Origin: a virus
Length of the DNA stretch: 64,000 nt
IMG/VR virus record: IMGVR_UViG_3300003663_000013
Direction: 5' to 3' (one strand)
This document shows, one piece after another, positions 54,350 through 61,266 of this stretch. The position numbers and the translations under genes were made by a program. The first letter of the stretch is position 1; each line of letters begins with the position of its first letter. The notes under the pieces are model-generated. The model did no database searches. It saw only the letters and a program-made list of their open reading frames with translations, and was not told where the DNA came from.

Positions 54350-54556
54350 ATGGCTTATACAAAAAATTACACAGAAAAATTTAAAGTTGGTGACAAAGTT
54401 AAGTTAACCAAGAAAGTTGATTCAATGGCTGGATATTTCCCAAAAGGGGATATAGTTGAAATATGTGATATTGACGACACGAGAGGATACGGTTTTAAAG
54501 ACGAACATGGTAACAGAGTGATAGAATGTGGATGGGATTGCTGCACTTCTATTTAA
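54350..54556 (+). CDS. hypothetical cassette protein
   Basis: 68-aa ORF bracketed by GTTAGGCACA (54333-54342) and TGTGCCTAAC (54558-54567). Confidence 0.5.
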   Translation: MAYTKNYTEKFKVGDKVKLTKKVDSMAGYFPKGDIVEICDIDDTRGYGFKDEHGNRVIECGWDCCTSI

Positions 54557-54560
54557 TTGT

Positions 54561-54577
54561 GCCTAACTACTATATAT
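54561..54577 (+). repeat. terminal inverse-core plus junction GCCTAAC-TACTATATAT
   Basis: Same junction as TTGTAAC-TACTATATAT at 6197-6213. Followed by a roughly 45-nt relic of the recombinase gene start (ATG at 54600, TCAACTTTAAGAA at 54622-54634). Confidence 0.5.
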
Positions 54578-54655
54578 AAGTAAGTAAGTATAAATTCTTA
54601 TGTATTAATGCTTTACAAGTATCAACTTTAAGAATTTGGAATAAAAATAATAAAA

Positions 54656-54928
54656 ATGGCACAAGAAATAGATTTATTCAAACTCTCTCTACTAAGTGAT
54701 ATGATAAATATGGAATTACATAATATTCCTATTAAAAGAATATTGGATCCAGAATTGAAATGTAAGTTAAAAAATTTAAAAAAGAGTACAGATGTATTAG
54801 TTCCAAAATGGGATGAGATGTTTAAAGGTAAAAAAGAAGATACTGAAGAATTTGGTAAGATATCAGACAATATCAATACTTCTATTGATAATTATTTAAA
54901 AGAATTAAGAGAAGATGATACTAATTAA
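54656..54928 (+). CDS. hypothetical protein
   Basis: 90-aa ORF. Confidence 0.45.
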   Translation: MAQEIDLFKLSLLSDMINMELHNIPIKRILDPELKCKLKNLKKSTDVLVPKWDEMFKGKKEDTEEFGKISDNINTSIDNYLKELREDDTN

Positions 54929-55172
54929 CATAGCAATATTACTTGGATTTATAGTAGGTATAATGATAGGATTATTTATAGTTACTATAATAAGAAAAGA
55001 CAGACCACCACTAACTAAAGAAGAAAAATCTCTATTAGAAGACTCTTTGGTGTGTTTAATAGATAAAAAGAACAAGTATATGTATAAACACGTAAACGAT
55101 AGTCAATTAGTAGATATGGTACAGGACGATATAAATAAATTAAGTGCCTTGTTTAATAAAATAAAAATATAA
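54915..55172 (+). CDS. small membrane protein
   Basis: Has an N-terminal transmembrane segment. Confidence 0.45.
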   Translation: MILINIAILLGFIVGIMIGLFIVTIIRKDRPPLTKEEKSLLEDSLVCLIDKKNKYMYKHVNDSQLVDMVQDDINKLSALFNKIKI

Positions 55173-55313
55173 AGAAAGTAAAAGAAACATGGAATAAAGA
55201 AGTAAACAAACACAAAGAACCCGAACCATTGAGACCAGACATAAGATTAAGAGGTGTAAGATTAGATGGTAGAGGTTGGATGTAAATTTATATTAACTAT
55301 AAAAAAATAAATT

Positions 55314-55589
55314 ATGAAATTATTTAAAAGAAAACCTAACGAATTAGAGAAATTAATAATTGATTTCTTTAAAAATGGGTATAGGGAATTAGGAAAAATT
55401 CAAGGTAGTGAAATGCAAAAACATTACTGGAAACATAAGGCTAAAGAAGATAAACAAAGGGTGATAGATAGATATAAGTATTTAAAATATCGAAAAGAAT
55501 CAGATTTAGAGTTTACAGAAGAAAATAAGAAAGAATTTGAGTACGTAGAATTTTTATACAAATATAAATACAAGATGAAAGATGAATAG
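55314..55589 (+). CDS. hypothetical protein
   Basis: 91-aa ORF preceded by the TTATATTAACTATAAAAA box. Confidence 0.45.
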   Translation: MKLFKRKPNELEKLIIDFFKNGYRELGKIQGSEMQKHYWKHKAKEDKQRVIDRYKYLKYRKESDLEFTEENKKEFEYVEFLYKYKYKMKDE

Positions 55590-56025
55590 AGAAATAAAAT
55601 TTAGAGGTAAAAGTAAAGAACCAGGATGTGAAGGAAAGTGGGTAACAGGATATTTCTTTAAAGACAAGAAAGATGGTTACATGATATTAGGAGGTGAACC
55701 TCAATATGGATGGTTTAACCATAGAATAGAAGAAGAAACACTAGGAGAGTATATAGGATTAAAAGATAAGAATAATAAAGAAATATGGGAGGATGATTTA
55801 AGGATAGATGAAAAAGGGGTTGTATTCAGAATATACAGTACAATAGGTGGGTTTGTATTTAAAGCACATTATTGGAAAGAAGATTGTAGAGGATTAGTAT
55901 TTTCAGATGAACTAATATTATTATCATTAACAGATCCACAGAATATAAGATGGTTAGTGGAAAGTACAAAACATATAGGAAACATACACGACAATCCAGA
56001 ACTATTAAAACAAAGAGAGGGATGA
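55582..56025 (+). CDS. YopX-family protein
   Basis: N-terminal REIKFRG and C-terminal IGNIHDNPELL, both hallmark YopX motifs. Confidence 0.65.
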   Translation: MNREIKFRGKSKEPGCEGKWVTGYFFKDKKDGYMILGGEPQYGWFNHRIEEETLGEYIGLKDKNNKEIWEDDLRIDEKGVVFRIYSTIGGFVFKAHYWKEDCRGLVFSDELILLSLTDPQNIRWLVESTKHIGNIHDNPELLKQREG

Positions 56026-56216
56026 AATATACTATAGTAATAGAAAAAGACAAAGAAGGTAAAGTAAGTATGAACAGAACAAATGAGGGGTTTAATCCAT
56101 TTGAATTAGTGGGATGGGTAGAATTCATTAAAGATGATTTATTATCTCAAATTGCTGAAGGTATGAAACCTGATATTGTTCGTAAGAAATATCTTGAAGA
56201 TAATTATAAAAAATAA
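56022..56216 (+). CDS. hypothetical protein
   Basis: ATG at 56022 overlaps the previous stop (ATGA). Preferred to the track start at 55950. Confidence 0.45.
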   Translation: MKYTIVIEKDKEGKVSMNRTNEGFNPFELVGWVEFIKDDLLSQIAEGMKPDIVRKKYLEDNYKK

Positions 56217-56321
56217 ACTATAAGAAAAACTAATAATCATTAAAACATTATAAAATTTTCTTATTTGTTATGAATACTTTAATTTTATACCTTTATGAGA
56301 CAGAAATAACCAGTTATATAT

Positions 56322-57491
56322 ATGACTAAGAAAAAACAAAAATTAGAGAAAAAGGGAACAAGAATAAATAGTGAGTATGCTTATGACAAGAGAGCAGCCG
56401 AAAAATATAATAGAATTGTTTCAATATCAGATAGTTACAGGATGCACGAATGTAGCGATGGAACTATATTGGATTTTATGGGTACGGTTTATCATGGAAG
56501 GAAGAAAACGGGACACTTATCGAAAGAGGAGAGAGCGTGGATAGAAGCGAGATACAACAAGTTTTCACAACTAAAGATGCATTTGGGGAGATTAAAGAAA
56601 CAAGCATTCGGGTCAAGCCAGAGTAACAAAGGATCCCTACTGGAAGCAAGGAAAGCAGAGTTATTGGAGATGTTCGGGAGATACTACAGCACACCAGAAG
56701 TACACAAGAAACTTGCTGAAGACGGTATGAACCTTAACATTGACCTATTGAGGAGGTTTAGGATAAAATATAAATTAGAAATAGAGAAACTCCAGTCAGA
56801 CTATGACAAAGAGTACGATACAGTAGGAGTAGCAAGAAAAAGAAGTAGATTAGAACAATTGGATTACATTATAAGGAGATACAGACAGGAGTTTGATGAG
56901 GCACAAGGAAAGAATATGTTGCCCTATGGAAGAGAAATAATAAAGGTATTAGAACAAGCAAGGAAAGAGGTAGAGGGAGAACAAGTACACTTACACGCAG
57001 ATGGTACAATCAATATCGCAGCTACTATAGAAAGTAGTAAATCAGTGGAACAACTATATAGTGAAATAAACTTCATGAATTTATTAATAGCAAGGGTTGC
57101 AGCAAGAATGCAAATAGATCCACTATTAATACAACATCAATTAACAAATAGTTGGTATGCTAAGTTCACAGGATTGAAGCGTAACGATAATTTAATGAAT
57201 GAGACACCAGATTATCCAAGTAAGATAATATTGAATTGGGGAGATGTAAAGGACAAGGCAAAAAAGAAGGAACAAGAGTATAACCAATTGAAAGAGAAGT
57301 TCAAACGAGAGAACACAACAGAAGTACAGCCAGAGGAACAAGAAGAAATAAATAAAATACGTGAGAATGTAGTTAAAAAGTTGAAACTCAAGCAGAAATA
57401 CATAGACGACATCAAAGATAGAATGGCTGGTAGGTCTGCCACAAAGAGAGATATTAAGGAACTAATCAAAGAGATAAAATCTAACAAGTAA
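56322..57491 (+). CDS. hypothetical protein (charged, helical)
   Basis: 389-aa ORF with no firm motif. Confidence 0.55.
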   Translation: MTKKKQKLEKKGTRINSEYAYDKRAAEKYNRIVSISDSYRMHECSDGTILDFMGTVYHGRKKTGHLSKEERAWIEARYNKFSQLKMHLGRLKKQAFGSSQSNKGSLLEARKAELLEMFGRYYSTPEVHKKLAEDGMNLNIDLLRRFRIKYKLEIEKLQSDYDKEYDTVGVARKRSRLEQLDYIIRRYRQEFDEAQGKNMLPYGREIIKVLEQARKEVEGEQVHLHADGTINIAATIESSKSVEQLYSEINFMNLLIARVAARMQIDPLLIQHQLTNSWYAKFTGLKRNDNLMNETPDYPSKIILNWGDVKDKAKKKEQEYNQLKEKFKRENTTEVQPEEQEEINKIRENVVKKLKLKQKYIDDIKDRMAGRSATKRDIKELIKEIKSNK

Positions 57492-57597
57492 AAGTTGTGT
57501 TGCCCTAGTGGAGAAAGTGAGACTTATTAACTGATAATGAAATAGTTAAAAAATAAGTGTAAAAATATATAAAATATATTTTGTAATGTAAATTTTT

Positions 57598-57789
57598 ATG
57601 TATATTTTTATAGTAACTATAAAAACAAAACATCATGAAAAAAGAAAAAAAGAACTAAAAGAGAAATTCCATTACGAACCAAAGACAGTAAGACCTTATC
57701 ACATAAATAAATTGAAGTGGTGGGTAATAATTATAGTAACTATAATCCTGGTAGCAATATCATTAATTTATGGATTCCCTAAAATATAA
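57598..57789 (+). CDS. small membrane protein (start uncertain)
   Basis: C-terminal transmembrane segment WWVIIIVTIILVAISLIYGF. The listed ATG lies inside a promoter-like box. Confidence 0.4.
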   Translation: MYIFIVTIKTKHHEKRKKELKEKFHYEPKTVRPYHINKLKWWVIIIVTIILVAISLIYGFPKI

Positions 57790-57794
57790 GAGAT

Positions 57795-58133
57795 GTGAAA
57801 CAAGATCAAGAGAATCGTAAAAAAGCATTAAAATGGTGGAGAGAATTGGACTCTATGAATATTGAATTTGTAACAACAGCTTGTGGAATGGAACATAGAA
57901 AACAAACACCATTTACAGGAAGAGAAATAGAAGAGATGTATAATAAGATGTATGAACCTATTATATTAAATAGAGATACAGTTAATAAAAATACTATAAC
58001 TTTGAGTGAACAAGATATAGATGATCTTAAACGCATAAGAGATTATTTGGGTAAGAATGATAAAACAATATTTAGTCATTTTGCATTTAAAGTAATAGAC
58101 GATATACTTAAAAAATTACAAAAAGATGAGTAA
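57795..58133 (+). CDS. hypothetical protein (GTG start)
   Basis: 112-aa ORF. Confidence 0.45.
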   Translation: MKQDQENRKKALKWWRELDSMNIEFVTTACGMEHRKQTPFTGREIEEMYNKMYEPIILNRDTVNKNTITLSEQDIDDLKRIRDYLGKNDKTIFSHFAFKVIDDILKKLQKDE

Positions 58134-58282
58134 AACTATAATAATATAAAACACTCTATTTTATTTATCGCAACTCCCAATAGAAGATCAAAAGAAATAT
58201 CTAACGGAAAGAGGATTAGAGCAGAGTAATATGTTACAGAAACAAACAAAGTCAGGTGTTCAATATACAAAGGAGAAATAAT

Positions 58283-58429
58283 ATGAATAGAACATTCCAT
58301 GATACAGATACAAGTAATTATATTCCTATTAACAGAGACAATGATAATGGAGAAATATTTTGGGGTTGTTTAGGATTTATAGTAGGTGTATTATTTGCTA
58401 TAGTAACTATAATTCTATTAAATTTATGA
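58283..58429 (+). CDS. small membrane protein
   Basis: 48-aa ORF (translated by eye) with a C-terminal transmembrane segment. Confidence 0.3.
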   Translation: MNRTFHDTDTSNYIPINRDNDNGEIFWGCLGFIVGVLFAIVTIILLNL

Positions 58430-58587
58430 GAACAATATTTAAAACAATATTTTTGTTGATTATTTTTATAGTTGCTATAATCACACTGGTTCCTATTATA
58501 GTAGCAACTTATGTATTCCCAATGTTTATAATATTTATAGTACTTATAATAGCAATTATTGTAAATATTTTTAAGAGATTCTTTTGA
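58426..58587 (+). CDS. small two-pass membrane protein
   Basis: ATG at 58426 (MRTIFKTIF...) overlaps the previous stop. It is the inner start of track ORF 58360..58587. Confidence 0.35.
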   Translation: MRTIFKTIFLLIIFIVAIITLVPIIVATYVFPMFIIFIVLIIAIIVNIFKRFF

Positions 58588-58627
58588 AATTAAAATATAT
58601 TAGCTATATTTATTGAAAGTAAAAGTT

Positions 58628-58831
58628 ATGATAGCAGTATTTGCAGAAAAAAGTATGTTGAGAGGATTTAATGTTCAACCTAAACATCAATTCATATTTG
58701 TTAAATCAAAAGAAGATATAAGAGAAAAAGAATTTACAGGAGTAATAGTGAGATTTGATATATGGCAAGACAAACAAATGTCTCAAGCATATGTAGAATT
58801 AAAAAGAAGACAACCAAAGTTATTTAAATAA
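58628..58831 (+). CDS. hypothetical protein
   Basis: The in-frame ATG at 58628 is preferred to the TTG at 58613. Confidence 0.45.
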   Translation: MIAVFAEKSMLRGFNVQPKHQFIFVKSKEDIREKEFTGVIVRFDIWQDKQMSQAYVELKRRQPKLFK

Positions 58832-58839
58832 AAAGTAAG

Positions 58840-59124
58840 ATGGATAAAATTGACATAGTAGATAGAATAAACTTTAGCCAAGAACAATTTGGATTAGAGA
58901 TAAAAGTAAGTATGAAAGGTTATACTTCTACTATAAAGTATAGTTATGAAGATAGGTGTTATTATGGCAAAATAGAGAATATAGATGACTTGTTTCTATT
59001 TGAAGGAGAAGATGTAGGAGAAGCTTGTTATTCATTTGTAGAAGCAGTACACAATTATCAAGAAATGAAAGGTATAATTAAAAGAGATAAAAATCGTGAA
59101 AGAAGAAATGAAACTAATGAGTAA
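58840..59124 (+). CDS. hypothetical protein
   Basis: 94-aa ORF. Confidence 0.45.
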   Translation: MDKIDIVDRINFSQEQFGLEIKVSMKGYTSTIKYSYEDRCYYGKIENIDDLFLFEGEDVGEACYSFVEAVHNYQEMKGIIKRDKNRERRNETNE

Positions 59125-59306
59125 TTCTCAGAAATTAAAAAATAAGAGAAGATATATTGAATAATCAATAATTATTATTATATTTATATTGTTCAAAGAA
59201 CATAACAATTACTTCTTAATAATCCTACCCCATAACTTCAAAGAACCCATTCGTAATAGGTGGGTTCTTTATTTTAAAAATAAATTAAAAATAATAGTGA
59301 AAAAGT

Positions 59307-59338
59307 TTTGTAATTAAATATATTTTATATATTTTTAT
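59307..59338 (+). promoter_or_regulatory. Bacteroidetes-type promoter with no ORF downstream
   Basis: 32 nt identical to 16095-16126. The next credible CDS starts about 420 nt away, behind a terminator. Confidence 0.45.
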
Positions 59339-59341
59339 CAT

Positions 59342-59676
59342 GTTAGTTAGTAGATAAATAACTGGGGGTTCACTTATATAAATGGCATTGCGGAGAAGCA
59401 TTGAAGATATTATCTCCTTAGTTGTTTTTAAAATACCACCACTGTGAAACCGATGAGAGAGGTGGTCGATTCGGTTAAAGATAGAGGATAGCCTATAGAA
59501 AAACAAAGGTACACAGATGCAAAAAGTGCATGTACTCTATCTTATTTAAAAAGAAAATAGAAACAAAACAAAATACATTATGGAAGCATCAAAGATTCAA
59601 GAACTAATAAAAGAAGTTAAAAGAAGCGGTTTGTAGTGAAAAACTCCGTTAAACCTTAATTGGTTGCGGAGTTTTT
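59342..59676 (+). ncRNA. candidate phage ncRNA (orphan promoter-to-terminator unit)
   Basis: No + strand ORF longer than about 21 codons. Several hairpins are present, including interleaved CCACC/GGTGG (59436/59461) and AACCGA/TCGGTT (59448/59471) pairings. It ends in a strong terminator. Confidence 0.3.
59640..59676 (+). terminator. rho-independent terminator
   Basis: AAAACTCCG...AACC-ttaatt-GGTT...CGGAGTTTT, ending in a T5 run. Confidence 0.65.
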
Positions 59677-59757
59677 AAGGTAGAAAGTTGTATGTAATAA
59701 AATTTTTATATCTTTACGACTTTAAAAATTAATTCGGTGTTTAATAAAATAAATATT

Positions 59758-60366
59758 ATGAAGAGAGTATGTATATCAATTTTATTAATTTTAACGTGTT
59801 TTAACGAACTTTTTGCTCCTAATGAAGGATATTATCAAAGAGACATGAAACAACAAGAAATGGTTAGTATAATGCATTTAAATGATGTATTAGAGAACAA
59901 ATTAAAAGATTACTTACAATTCATAGAGTACAAACCATATTACAAACCATCCTTAGAAAAAGCAATACATAGGATACTTGTAATAAAAGCGGTAGCATTA
60001 ACAGAAACAGGATTAAGTTTAAGTGATTATATACAATTAACAGATAGAGAAAAATGGAAAGTTGCTTATAATAAAAAAGAACAAGCAGCAGGGTTACTTC
60101 AAATAAGGCCTATAATGCATAAGCATTTAACAAAAAGATTAAAGTTGTGTGATTATGGAATAAACGATAGGTGGGAAGGAGATAAATCAATAAGAATGTT
60201 TATAGCCTTTCAAAACTATTACAACCCTAATTGGAATATGGAAGTAGCTAGTAGAGATTGGAATGGAGGAGGAGGATTAGGAATGAAGAAAACAGCAACA
60301 TTGAAATATTATAAGAAGTTTTATAGTAACTATAAAAAGTTACAAGAAGAGTATTCTCTTAATTGA
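59758..60366 (+). CDS. secreted lysozyme-like / lytic transglycosylase candidate
   Basis: Signal-peptide-like MKRVCISILLILTCF. ALTETGLS and EQAAGLLQIRP resemble SLT-domain motifs. Confidence 0.45.
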   Translation: MKRVCISILLILTCFNELFAPNEGYYQRDMKQQEMVSIMHLNDVLENKLKDYLQFIEYKPYYKPSLEKAIHRILVIKAVALTETGLSLSDYIQLTDREKWKVAYNKKEQAAGLLQIRPIMHKHLTKRLKLCDYGINDRWEGDKSIRMFIAFQNYYNPNWNMEVASRDWNGGGGLGMKKTATLKYYKKFYSNYKKLQEEYSLN

Positions 60367-60523
60367 GAAGAGTAGTGTGTTTTGTTTTGGAAGTGTCATT
60401 AATTTAATTATTAGTGGCACTTTTTTATTTTAACACAATTATTTTTTATATTGAATAAAATTTTTTATTTTTATAACGATAAGAAATTTGAATTCGGTAT
60501 TTCTAAAAGAAATAATTAGAAAA

Positions 60524-61219
60524 ATGAAGTATAGAACAGAGATCATAAATAAAAATGAGATCACTAAAAGTGAGTATGATCAATTAAAAGAATTGAGAAA
60601 ATTTGATGAGTTTACACCAGAACAAGTATTGTCTGCTAAATTAAGTATACATTCTTTAATTAAAAAGGGTGAAACTCAGGAATTGACACAAGACGAACTA
60701 GACATTATAAAGTCAGGAACAGAGGAACTAAACAACCTTACAAGATACACTATTAATGAAATGATTAATGGTCGTATATGCAAGTCAGATATCTATGTTC
60801 AACCTATGCAAGTAATGTGGGAAGACACTCTCGAAAAGTCATTAGATGGAGAAACTATTAAGAAAGGCATTTACCTTGATACAGAACTAAATAGAAAATT
60901 AGACCGTGTTGGTGATGTAATTATCAAAGGTAAAACCATGAAGAAGAAAGAAGAGATGGAAGAAGAAGATGACATGGATGAAGATGAAAAAATGGAGATA
61001 GAAAAGAGCGAGATGTATAAAGCTTGTATGTCTAAAATAGTAAAAGGAGAGGGTGTTGATAAAGAATCTATGATAGAAGAAATGGAAAAGGTATATCCAG
61101 ACATGGATAAAGACAAGATGAAAAAATACATTAAAAAAGCATATAAAAATGTGAGTAAGGTTTATATGAAGAAATCACAAGATTATTCTAAAATGGCTGC
61201 TGATGAAGATGAAGAATAA
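60524..61219 (+). CDS. acidic protein immediately upstream of portal (function unknown)
   Basis: ATG at 60524 lies within track ORF 60488..61219. The C-terminal half is very E/D/K/M-rich. Confidence 0.5.
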   Translation: MKYRTEIINKNEITKSEYDQLKELRKFDEFTPEQVLSAKLSIHSLIKKGETQELTQDELDIIKSGTEELNNLTRYTINEMINGRICKSDIYVQPMQVMWEDTLEKSLDGETIKKGIYLDTELNRKLDRVGDVIIKGKTMKKKEEMEEEDDMDEDEKMEIEKSEMYKACMSKIVKGEGVDKESMIEEMEKVYPDMDKDKMKKYIKKAYKNVSKVYMKKSQDYSKMAADEDEE

Positions 61220-61266
61220 TTGAGAACTTGAAAAATCGGTATTATTAAAGAAAAGAAGAGTTCACA

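Larger units (their letters stand above)
52316..54577 (+). mobile_element. integron-like gene-cassette array II
   Basis: Same site family as array I. Neighbour-complementary 7-mers occur at 52694/52966, 54195/54217 and 54333/54561. It ends with GCCTAAC-TACTATATAT, like array I. Confidence 0.5.

Noticed and set aside
59479-59509. preQ1-I riboswitch-like string ...TAGAGGATAGCCTATAGAAAAACAAAGG, tempting because the phage makes preQ0.
   Set aside because: The putative P1 stem has a mismatch and only a 4-nt loop, which is far too small for the preQ1-I aptamer. No que or transport gene lies directly downstream, and a terminator intervenes. It is most likely a coincidence.
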